Shown: positions 1 through 12,900 of the stretch, piece after piece
Numbering within the stretch: the first letter of the stretch is position 1
Layout: every line of letters starts with the position of its first letter
From: Chrysomallon squamiferum
Lineage: Eukaryota; Animalia; Mollusca
Length of the DNA: 64,000 nt
Reading direction: 5' to 3'
Assembly (NCBI GenBank): GCA_012295275.1
Contig: CM022670.1
Location: 36,270,001 to 36,334,000, forward strand
Made by a program: the position numbers and the translations under genes
Notes under the pieces: model-generated
The model's database searches: none
The model's input: the letters and a program-made list of their open reading frames with translations, nothing else
Told to the model about the DNA's origin: nothing

Positions 1-71
1 ATTATTAAATATTTCTAAAACATACAATGTGTATAAAGAAATATTTACTCTTTTTCTTTTTTTTTTAATAC

Positions 72-3000
72 CAGGTAGCAACACTGCACACTTAATTTAA
101 CAAAAGAACTTATTAAGAAATGTAAATACTGAAAATACAATGCCTAACAAATTTTGATATTTTTCTTTCTAAACTGCTTTGGTAGAAAAATATTACAATA
201 CTTTTGTTATTTTAATATGACCTTCTTTTGTATTGAAATTGGTTGCAGCAACATTGTTTTCTCAACTTTCTCCTCTTCTTCTTGATCATCCTCTGAAAAT
301 GTATGAATATGTTTATAATATAAAAAATATATTTCTTTACAACATAAATATGATAAATGAATTACTGCATATATTATAATTAATTTACCAAATTTAGTGT
401 AATTAAAATTTGTTTCAAATCAAAGGTGCTGATTTATCCTATATATCCTGGAAAATTAAAAAGATGTTTCTAATAAAATATTTGATTAAAATGAATAATA
501 AAATCTCACCTGTTTCAAACTTTTGTTTTACATTCTCCAGTGGCACAAATGCAATCCATATAAACATGGGGAAAATTAGGAAGGCACTCAAGTATATCTG
601 AAAATGTACAAATAAATATATGTGAAATGGCTGTTTAATTTTTATTATTTTTAAACTGATACATAAATCTGTACACAAATTACAGACAACTAATGTCAAA
701 ATGTAAGTGTAAAACATTTTTCTTCTATATTTCTTCAAAAGTTTAATTAATAATGCCAAATAATAACACTTCAGTGATTGAGTATTTATGTTCATTAAAT
801 TACTGACATAGATATATATATATATATATAGAAAGAAAATAATATTTTACAAACCTTAAGCCAGACTGGCAGTTTGATGCGACCTCCCCAGTCAAGTTCT
901 CGAATCTGAAGACAGCCCAGCCATTTCTGTGCCAGCCATTTCTGACAGCAAGGGTGTGCTATGAAAAACTTGTTGTTTCCCATTTTGGCAATTTCAACCA
1001 CTGTTTTGTTATTGAAATCTGAAAGTTTTTTGTTCAGTGCATGGAATGCTTGAATGCTAGAATCTTCATAGCATAAATCTAGCATACTGACAGCCATCTT
1101 ACCAAATTCCCTTAAAAATCAACAACAGATATTGAATTATGCAGAAAACTTTCAAAGTAATTCAGTGGTTTAACTTAACTGCATGAAATAAAAAAGAAAA
1201 GATAGGATAAAAAACAAAACAGATGATCAGATAACAATATTATATTAAAATGCAAAAATATAACACTAAAATTATTTAAATTTAAAATATTTTTTTTTGC
1301 AAAAATTGTAATTCATTTAATAAAAACATTAAATGATTAATACTAAAACAGAAACATTTTATACTATTAACAGTATTAATTTGAGACATACACAGCAGTA
1401 GCTTTTAATTTTTTCTTCATGTCAACATCTTTGCAACAATCTTTGGCCAATCTGTGAAGTAGCATGCTCACTATTAATGCAACAGCAATAGGATCTTCAG
1501 ACTTTTTCCAAAATACCTTAGCTAAGATTGGCCTATTAGTGAGAGCTGCCCACAGTACTAGTGTTGTTGTTGCCTATCAAACAAAATAGCTACATAACAC
1601 GAAAATACTAATAACGATAAACATTACAATCAATCAAAAATCATTAATGGTAAACTTTAAAACATAATTTTAAAAAAATAATAATTTAATATATATTTTT
1701 TTTTCATATTAAAAAATGTAAAAGAAATATTTTAGAGTATTTTAGGGGTAACTTGACAAGAGCTACAAAGACCTACAACTACTTAATATGTGAATTCTAT
1801 GACCAACTAAAATATGTTCAGTGATTCAAATTTTTTAAATTTTAAGGAAATAGCATAAAAATTATTTTAACAAATACAACAAGAATTAAAATAATAATAA
1901 TTTTTTCCTTGGATAAATGTGCTGTTTTACATATAAACATGTTTAAAACTTTACTTTGCATAAAATAAATTAATAATAAAACATTCAAATAAAATTTAGT
2001 TTTCAGATATTGTTTGTTGCATTAATGTTAAAATTAAAAATTAGACAAACAAAATACTATATTTATTTTCAATGTATATACTGTATTTTTAACATTCTTT
2101 TCTTGTTTGGTATTCTAGATATATACAATAAATCCCGGGAACCGAAAATTTTATTTTTTTTAAAAATAAATTTAAAAGATAAAATATTATTCTGCTCAAA
2201 AAGATATTTTGTAAGCAACAATAATCTGCAATTCTTGAATTACCAAAAAAAAAAAGAAAAAAAAATTAAAAACAGAAAGTTATACTTCTACCAAATCATT
2301 CAAACATTATTAAAATAATCATGCAGAATGTCATAAAATATTTAATAGTAATATGTCACAAACAAAAATTAATAACAGACATGACAAATTAGTAGTAAAA
2401 AAATTATTCAGTAATTCGAACTATTTTTAATTTTTTGTTAACCTTTGTTAATTTAAATAAGTTTTGTAACAAGAAAAACAATGAAACTATATCCTTACCT
2501 AGTTCAAATTATGGCTGAAATACAAATTTAATCCTGAACATTGGTAAAAATAAAAAATATAAAAATAATGTTCCAGAACAATGATAAATTAGTAATTTCA
2601 TTAATTTCTTTTACTTAAAAAAAAATGATACTCTAAAATAAATGTTTCTTTGCTAGAAGCAATGTATAATTACACACATGCACACATCCATACACAAATC
2701 ATGCTTAATTATCCCTTTAGAACAAAACAAAAAACTACGGTTTTTCAAGACTGAAATTGTAGCTAATTGTTTTGTCCAGTGAAATGGATTTTTCTAGGGC
2801 ATGATCTCATACCCGTCTTTCAGCAACATCTTTGTTAGTGATGTAGGTACCCAGTGAGTTCATTGATAATTCATATGGGTTAACTAGTTTCTGCAGTTTG
2901 GTGCATCGATACAGAATACGATTTAACTCACATCTGTCATCTTCACAAAAATTCCCACTCAGTGGACTAAGAGGATTCTAAAAAGAGAAAAACAATAGTG

Positions 3001-6000
3001 CTGACAGTAGGCAAAGAACAAAGGTAAGGAATGTGAAATAAAGGCTTATATTTTACCTTTAATTTACTTAACACTTAATTATATAACTATTTAAAACCAA
3101 AATAAAACAAAAATATTTTACTAGATGTAATCAAAAGATACAAAAAATATTAATCACTAACATTGTGACTTATTTAACAATTATTAATTCATTCAAATGA
3201 ATATTAATTTAATGAAAACATACTTTAAATTCAGGAAAAAACATATTTTTATGAAAGTTCTTATTAATTTTTATTATTAATAAATGAAATAAAACTTGAA
3301 AAGACTCCTATATAAAATTATCTGAAATACATTTCATATATTTTTGAAGTTTTTTACTCAAGACCTCTTTCAAGCATTTCTTTTTTGCTTTTGAGTATGC
3401 ATACACATAACAATGAATTACTTACCAAAGCTTTACCAAGAACACCTTCCAGGCAAACTCCAATAAAAAATTCTTTGTCACGTGCATTTTCAAATAGATT
3501 GTGTAATCTCTTGTGACTCAAATATCTGTGGACTTGAAATCCTTTATCAAGAAATAGCTCAACAAAATCTTCTCTGCCCTCTCTCAGCAGTGCCTGATGA
3601 AAAATGTGATTTTCTACCTAAAATTAAAAAAATACAGCGTTAGCATTTCTCTGTTAATTAAAAATTACATTATCTATATTTTAATAAAATTTCAGTTGTG
3701 TTTATACAGCATTAAAAAAATGTAATAATTGTTTAATTATATTGTGTGCCTTAGTAATATTAAATTTTTGAATATTTGTTGATTCAATTTCATACCCGTA
3801 TCCTGGTCAAACTGTATTTTTGATAAATTTCTGATTTGGCAAGATCACATCGATTCCAGTCTAAAGTAAGCTGTAGATCACGCTGAATTTGATCTCTCCA
3901 TTTGTGACCAAGCTTCCTAGTCTGAGCTGTATTAAAATATAAACAAAGATATTCTAACAACAAACACTCAAGCCAAAAATGTATTTTATTTTGTTTGAAG
4001 ATACTTATTTGTCTCCTTTAAAAATTTGTAATGCTTTTACTTAATTTGTCAATGAACGGTTAAGAGATGATAAATTCATTACTGTTGAAGCTTGTCTACA
4101 TTTATATAAAACAAAAATCTACAACAAAAAAGAAAAGGATTTATTTCTTTGAGACAACTATTAATTCACATTTATAAATATTTTTACTTCAAACATTTAA
4201 TTATTTAAGACACTCACACTTAAACAAGGCCATAAGGATGTATTTGCTTAAATTGGATAGATCAGATCTTCTGTTTCCAGTATCCAGTATTGTTAGGTAT
4301 GTCAAGGTGTCCTGAAAGAATTATGATTATAATCTTAAATGTTTGATAACACAAAATAAATAAAAGTGAAAAATAACCATTTTAAAAAACAATTGATGCT
4401 TTATTATAATTTATAATTAGCAAAGTCAAAATGGAAAAAAAACACAGAGTGGTTTGGTAAGCATAAAATGTGAAATCTTGTGCAAATAAATAATTAAAAT
4501 ACTTCTGGGTTTTTTTGGTCAGTAATAAGATGATAATACCTGATGTGCAAGACTAGCACACTCCATAATTCTGTCTCTACATTCAATAACAGCAAGGTCA
4601 TCCTTCTTGAATTCCTTTGGGAATGTTTCTTTTACTCTCTTCATCAGTTCAGACTTGATGTAACTAATTAACAAATTAATACAAAATAAATAAATAAAAT
4701 ATATATATATATATATATAGCTATAGAATTTACTTTAAATCTTTGATAATTACAAAATTAAAGAATAATAGTGCACTGAAACCTTGCTTATGTTTATAAT
4801 ATATAGATTTGATGAATATTATCATTTGATGAATTACATCATTCTTTTTGAATAGATATGATTGTCATAAAAATTAATAGTTATAGTATAAATAATAATA
4901 ATGATAATAACAAAAACATTTGAACTAAATTGCAATAGGTAATAATTTAATTTAACAATTATTGAAATGTTCTCTATACAAATATCAGCATATAAGCACG
5001 TATTTGAATTTCCTTTTTTTAATTAAAAACAAATAAGTTTATAGTACCTTTCATGTTTTTCTTCATATGCAAAAGCAATGAGATCAGCTGCCAAACCAAA
5101 TCCTTTCATGATGATAACAGGAATTTTCTTCTTTAACAACCAAAGCACATGGTCAATCTCAGGAGGTCCACCCTGAACCATCAGAGCTATAACAGGTGTA
5201 TTGGTGTTGGGATTATTCTGAGATTCTCCAGTATTCACATCAACATCACTGCTGGTTCCAGCTTCAGTAAGGAATAAAGAGAATTAATTCAAAATCATAT
5301 GCATTTTATATAATATATAATTTAAGAAAATAAAACCATAAATGGAACTGCAAGACAAAATAAATGCTTTTTCCTTTTTTCAAAAAAAAAAATTTTGATT
5401 GATGAACAAAAAGATAACCTTTATACTTTATACTGTTATTCAAAAATATTATCTCTATCAACAAGTTATTAACCACTTTGAAACTGGTTAGTTGTTTTTT
5501 ATATCAATATAAGCAGCCATTTTAGTTTTTTTCTGAATTTAAGTAGTTGTTTAAAATGATGACATTAACAATGCAATGGGAACTTACGTAGAGTTGTATT
5601 ACTTGACACCATTCTCCTATATCTCCGAGCTCTGCCAACTGGCTGAAGAAAGCGAACTTCCAAATTGTACCTAAAGGCATTTAGTTCTTGTGAAGTTACA
5701 TCTTTTGCCATTATGAAATGAGTGTGAAAAGGATTCAGATCAAATTTTGATGACTGTGGTTTATGTCCTCTGTTCTCAATTTGCTTTGGCTGAGCATGCT
5801 ATAAATAAATCAGACTGCCTATAATTAATTATTGATGCAACCAAATAATTATTTTCATTAATTTCTGGAACCAAACAACAGTTTTTATTAATTTATGTAA
5901 TTATTTTCAGAGTATAATGGCTAAGAAACACCCTGCTTCAAAACTGTTGTCAGTAAATGGGTAGAAGTCTGGTTCTGTCAAATAAACATTTTAAAGACAT

Positions 6001-7350
6001 TTCTGAAAATATTTATAAAGGAGAATAATAACAAAAATATAAACTGAGGAAAGTGGGTAAATAAAATATGGTATAGAGATTCCTATGATCAGTGTTTTTA
6101 ACAAACTGAAAACACAAACAAATATGTGTACCAAACATTCTTACCTGTCCATTTAAGTGTTCTGAATATGATATGCAGTCGTAAGAAGTTACACCTAATA
6201 TTGTTAATTTTGGTACTTTCTCCAGTATTTGTATGTTCTTCACTTCTAATGATTCTTCTTCTTGGCATTTCCGTCTTGCCATTTCATCGCAGGCAGCATC
6301 TCCAATATACTTTGACACTCCACTGTCAAAACCATTAGTCACTATCCACATTTCTGTCAGATTTGCTGCCTGTAATTAAAACCTTTGTATTCTACATTAC
6401 ATATAAATTCCTGTTGACCTGATGCAATTGTTTTTCCATAAAATACTATTTACAAACATCCAGAATAAATATATTTTATCCATGTAAAAAATATTTATAA
6501 AACATTATGCAAACAACAAAATTAAGTTTTTTCCAAAATGCCATTTCTCATTAATTGAGTCTTAAATCTGAATATGTTGTTTATTAAACCTCAATAATTC
6601 CTGTTTTAAAATCTTCAATGTATTTTTCATCATCCCACTGTTTGAAGTGTTTAACACTGGAGATAACTGACAGTACAATTTTTGGTGTTCTCCGTTTCCA
6701 ACCATATGCCATGTAATTGGCAATGTCATCAACAGGTGTATCCTTTGGTATTATTACATAATGTCGGTGATCTTCCTAGAATAAAACAAAACCACTGTAT
6801 AAAGTAAATGATGCATAACCATTTATTTCAGTTTATGAGAAATATGTTTTATCTTTTTATTTGATTTTTCATTATTCCAATTTTAAACATATAAATGTTT
6901 CTTGTTTCTTAGGAAGACTCAAAAGTTATCAAAATATATTTGAATTAAATTCTGGAAATGTAACTATCACAATTATAAATTATATACTTGACAAAATAAC
7001 AATAATATAATGTAAAGATAAACAAACGATTACTGTTTTATTTTGTTCTGATCCCTCTTGTATAAACTGTATAGTTCCTCCAAGAAAATCGGGCATTAAA
7101 ACATCTGTTGATGATTCTCTGCTGACAGCTGATCCAACACTTGTAACAGTTTCATATACTTGATCTGCATAACTGCAGTCTTCACTGGTCTCTATACTGT
7201 GAGTGGTTAAATCATCCAACATGATTTCTTGTGGCTCTCCACACTCAAAATCCCATCCTAATTTTTCAGTATTATGTTCCTTGGATGCGACATTCTTATT
7301 TGTTGGTGAAGACAATTCATCTCCATGACCATCATCTGGAAGTAAGTATA

Positions 7351-7390
<40 letters not shown>

Positions 7391-7543
7391 TGGGATTTGT
7401 TGTTGTTGTTGTTGTTCTGTTTTGTTGTTGTTTTAATGATTTATATTTATCATAATTAAATGTTATGCTTACACTGAAGTAGACTGTCAGAAATTTTTTC
7501 AAATAAATTTAAAGTTCTTCTAAGCATTAAAGTAGTAGTAGTA

Positions 7544-7615
<72 letters not shown>

Positions 7616-7748
7616 TAAAACGTTAATTCATACCGTTTAAATTAACAGGAGTGATTTCTGCAATCTTGCCACTTGATAAAGATACCAGTCTTGATGGTGA
7701 TTTCAGCGGTGATGGATTTGTAGGTGTTTCTGCAGTCTCTGAATTCAT
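72..7748 (-). CDS. TRPM-family cation channel, N-terminal part (SLOG/MHR domains up to the pre-S1 region); multi-exon, continues beyond the left edge
   Basis: Phase-compatible GT-AG exons: 7748-7634 (MNSETAETP...), 7335-7034, 6775-6590, 6369-6145, 5798-5588, 5262-5048, 4663-4540, 4311-4218, 3926-3796, 3617-3426, 2977-2813, 1573-1392, 1110-855, 597-510, 292-222 and probably 128-72. TRPM motifs: WIVTNGFDSGVSKYIGDA, LNPFHTHFI, PVIALMVQGGP..KKKIPVIIMKGFGLAADLIA, LQLTLDWNRCDLAKSEI, LVLWAALTNRPILAKVFW, FIAHPCCQKWLAQKW. The subfamily cannot be assigned by eye. Confidence 0.9.
7544..7612. repeat. (AAT)n microsatellite; complementary (ATT)n tract at 7350-7387 in the same intron
   Basis: Read directly from the sequence. 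Confidence 0.95.
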
Positions 7749-8050
7749 TCTTCGTTAATCAGAGAACCTGCATGAATAAATGTATAAAATATTAACATAA
7801 AATCTAACGTATTATCTTCAAACTATAAAACGTGTCACTAAAAAATAAATAAATAAATATAATAATAATAAAAGACTTTAAAGAGGGGTTTTTTAAGAAG
7901 AAAAGAAAGCCGTACTAAGGAACCAGAAACTCTTGTTCTTCATTATTCATTTATTGTTAATGATTGCCTTATGTCGGTTCTATTAATAGCACATATAGTG
8001 TAAGACTCAAAGAATTAATGGAAAACATATCAGCAGTTCCGCCCACCTAC

Positions 8051-8250
8051 CTTTAAAACAATACAAAGTGTGTTTCAAACAGTCATGATAACTGTCACTG
8101 ACTTGTTGAACATCCTTTAGAAAAATCACAAGCGTACCCATGTCTGATTTTAAACCAGACGATAATCATTAATTTCGGCTTAGTTCCTTTGTTAATTCCT
8201 CTTTACTGGGTAAAGCACCAGTATGACAGCTCTCTTTCGCATTCAGTTTG
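8051..8250 (-). promoter_or_regulatory. Probable non-coding first exon and promoter of the TRPM gene
   Basis: Minus-strand donor AAAG|GTAGGT at 8050 lies upstream of an acceptor (CAG at 7770-7768) that precedes the ATG at 7748. CpGs are locally retained across about 7750-8450, unlike the CpG-depleted gene body. The TSS is not resolved. Confidence 0.45.
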
Positions 8251-9964
8251 GACAGTCATAAATTTAATATTTAATCTCAGACGTTTATTATGATTTTTTT
8301 TTTGTTGTGAAAAAATGATAATGTCTTCTCATTTTAAAAATATAATTTTGAGACCCGTCTGTATCTGTTTATAAAAAAAGTATTATATATTTTTTTAACA
8401 GATTATTATTAAGTATGGTTGTAAAATTAAACAAATATAGATCGATATTTTATGAAATATATTTATAACAAATTTTAATCCTCATTAGTGAATTATATAA
8501 TAATAATAATAATAATAATAATATATATATATATATGAGTCAAACTATCATTATAAGTTTCATATAAACTACATTTTGGTTACATTTTCAAAGACTTACA
8601 ATCCTCTTTAAAAAGAAATATATATATAATTTAGCTATGTCATTAAAATGAAAAAAAAAAAAAAAAAATAAAATAAAATAAAATAAAATAAAAATAATAA
8701 TAAATAAGCAGTAACAAATAAAACAAAAAAAACAAACAATAAATGTACATTTTCTTTTTTTTTTATTGCAGATCAAGAATTTTTCAAACTGAAAAGCACT
8801 ATTTGTTATCACAGAATAACTATTAATAATATACCAATTAACTATGACATATTTAGTCTTTTTATTTGTTTCCTCTATACATTTAAATTTCCATGACCAC
8901 TTTACATAAATCAGCAATTACCTGAAGTGATAGATAAAATGTTGAACACATTAACATATTTTTTAAAAAAAGGAATCTTTTTTATTTTCTATGATGTCAG
9001 TATGTCATGAACATAAAATAAAATAACTAATCTATGCACTTGACTATAAACAAAAGTACATTTTAAAAGTCAAGAACATTTTCACAGAAAAGAGTATTAG
9101 CTAAGGTACAAAAAACTATATATCAGTAATAAACAATTTTAAATGAATCTGCTTCAGTTTTTCTTTTAGTTTTTTGAAAGAAGAAAAAAATAAAAATCCA
9201 GCAACAAGCTCTTGGAATTCAAGAGTATTTTTTTAATATATATTATTCAACTAACGCACTTAGAGAGAAAGGTGGAAAATGTTTCTGCAGTACAATCCAT
9301 CACATATAAGGCATGACAAAACAGACTTGTATTGTTTTGGGTGAACATCATTAATCCCGTATCAACTAAAAAACACCATAGTTCAGAATTATAGATGATC
9401 TTTTTATCTGAACACAAATATTGCACAGAATCTTCTGTCTTGTTGTTAAATATTATTCATCTCAACAAAAATAAAATTATGTAACTACGTAATGACTTGA
9501 TCAAACAGAATTAAATTATTGCAAAATTATTAACGCAAAATAAAATGCACACTGAATTAATAATCACTGCTGTGAGATGATTTATTTTGTAAATTGCACA
9601 GACTTTAATCACACAAAATGCAGTAGCAGTATTCAGTAACAGGGAGTCAATCCATCTTAAAATAATGCCATAAAACATACCTTTTGTAAAAGGTAAAAAT
9701 TGTAAAATGTGAACTACACAAAAAAAAACAGCTATTGCTGTACCATGACAAAATTCAAAGTCACACAAAGAGTTTCATGATATAATATATTGATTTATGG
9801 CATTCATGCACCACTGACATTTAGGTTAACATTTTCCATTGTGATAGAATAAGTCATTAGACTTTCAACAAGAACAGCAAATTAATTAAAAAATTCACAC
9901 TACATATTTGAAAATGAATAAACAATAATGTTCATCTCCTAAAGCTATATTTCTGGATTGATTT

Positions 9965-12900
9965 TCAAAGAGCTTCTAGATCAACATGGCGTAGGTCAGG
10001 ATATTTTGCCTGAAAAAAACCCATAAACATGATTATACTATCTATTGCAGACATGGACCACAAAAAATGCCTAAATCTATTCTAAATGATCAAACAGTTA
10101 CGTGCATTGTTTGTGTGACAGTTATTTTTAACTTATGCAAGTAATAAAAAAGGTTGCATTTGTTGTCTTTTAATTGAGCTAACTAAAACTGTTATCTTTT
10201 TGTGCATTAAGAATATATTTAATATTAAGATAATACTCTGATAAATTATTGGTGTCCATTTTGTTATACAAAAACATTAACCTCCTAACAACATCTAAAA
10301 GTTAAAAAAAAAAAACCAAACCCCCCACAAAAACAAACCAAAAAAAACAAACAAACAAAAACAAAATACACTTGCTTTAAGGATTTTTTCAATTCGATCA
10401 ACCTCTTCGCCCAACATATCTATTATTTTCTCTCCATGATGCAGCATAAATATCTCAACATCTTCTGCCTTTTTAAGCTCATGCATCTCCTAAAGTATAA
10501 GGAACTTATAAACCATAAAACACAAAAATAATAGTCTTTAAATTCAAAAGATAATTTCTAAAACTGGTAAAAACATAACTGTTTATTAATAAATGGAATA
10601 TCAATAAAAAAAAAAAAAAAAAAATTAACAAAAAACCCACTAGTATATATAAGTCACACTGACTTTAAGAAATAATAATTAGACATCTATAACGTTACTA
10701 GATCATCACTTTAATGGGCAACAGTGAATAATTCTCACCGCCAGCAGCTGTTCCAAGTCCAGTTTGTAAATGTAAGCTCTGGTGATTTCTCGTCCATCAA
10801 AGTCAACTTCAGCTTTAAACCTTACTTGTCCACCCATCTCTGTGGCTTTCACATCATGTAGTGATCTGTTGCAATCAAGAATATAACTGTATGGCAAATG
10901 TTTCTGCACATTTTATTAGAAACGTGAAACAGTGTTTTTAATGTGTATGATATTAAAAACAAAACATTCTACATCTGATTTGAGACTAATACCAGAATCC
11001 AAAATGAACTGCTGGTAATGATTAATGCATAATTCTTTGAAAGAGGAATTATACTGAAACCAACCTAATCATTCTGTCTCTTTCTAGATCTTGACTTATT
11101 TGGTTCTGAACATCTTCTGGAATAGACCTGTAAAATGAAACATAAACCATTTTTTTTTTTTTTTTTTAAATCATACATAAAAAACACTATAAATGTTTAA
11201 CATATATATAATACAATATATGCAATATGATCAATTAATTATTACCTTCCAACGAGGGCTTGAGTGTTTGTGGTAATGATGAAGGTGGCAACAACACCTA
11301 GCAAACCTCCAATCATGATGGAACCAAGAGAATCTGCAAATGGGTTTTTGGTGTAATGGCTGACACACAAACAGGTAGCAGCTATCATGACTCCTGTGAC
11401 AGCTGCTAAGTCTTCAAGAAGTACCACTGTGACATTGGGGTCATTACCTCGAATCACTGAAAGAGGAACACTTCAAAACTATACTTGCAATTAATGAAAC
11501 ATCAATTGCAGGATTATATTTACTATTAACAATCAATTAATGGCTAAAACACAAACATGTCAAACTGGTCCCAACCATTTCTGAAAATGTAAGAAAAATG
11601 TCAGAACACTTACCATATTCCCAAAATTTAATTTTCTTTTTGCGTGAACTCTTTCGAACTTGATTGATAGCTATAATCAAGGTTGCTGAAAAAACACACA
11701 CACAAAAAAATACAAAAATTTTCAAAAGTAAGAAACTGAAATGAAAATATGTTGGTGTTTTTGTTACTATAATCTGATCATAAGTAATTTTTAATCCCAC
11801 AGATTTTTACTGCTGATCTCTCATAAAATTATTTTCCTGAATAGTAATTTGACTATAATTTCTTTGAATGGATTTGTTTGTTTTCATTATATTTTCTCCT
11901 GAAGATTATATAAAAATATGTATACATTTGAACATATCAAAATTCTTCAATTTTATGGGGGGGAAAAGATTTAGTTAGTTATGAATTATTAAAAATGAAA
12001 AATTACCTCCTTCAGACAACAATGATCCCATTAAAGTAGCAATTGCCTGAAAATAAAGGTTTTAAAACATAAAAATATTCTCAACCTGAATTATTTATCA
12101 CAGGTAAAACCATCAATTGAAAAAGGTATCTTTTCTAAAATATCTTTATTTATTTACAAAATAATCAAAATAACAAAATACAATATATTATCAAATAGTT
12201 TCTATAAGTGAAGACATTTGATGTAACAAGGTACATTAAATAAGACCTGACATATACAAATAATGAAAAGTAATCATTATTATAATTAATTCACCACAAA
12301 TAATGTTTTCAGATAAAAAACTAAAAAAAAAAATCTTCAAATAATTTCTCTTACTGATTTATTATCGAGTCTGTGGTATCTAGGTAAATAATTAAATCTG
12401 ACAGACATATTCTAAAGGCAACATGTTCAATGTTATCAATATCGAATAAAACAGAAAACTGCATCAAAAATGAAATCCATTTATGTTAATCTCCTAACAC
12501 TTGACATGAATCATAAAACTTACCCAGGTTAAAGAGCCAAGTGGTTCTGGATGAATAAAGCCCTGAATTCCATGATACACAGAAAGGCCTGTACCAAGGC
12601 AAAAAATACCCACTCCACTGATCAAAGATGAAATATGACGAAGATTCACATATCCATATCTGTAAATGGATTAAAAATTAAGTTAACAAATGAAAGGGAA
12701 ATAAAGAAAACTATATATCAAAAAAAAAAAAAAAAAAAGCAATTAAAAATTAAATATAATCATGCTCTTTTTGAATTAACTGAAATGTCTGATATAGAAC
12801 TTTCTATTGTCTTTATTTTCCTCTTACAAAAACCTGATTTGAGTTATAATAGAATTCATTTTATTATTTACTGTTAGTTATGGGAAAAGAAAATCATTTA

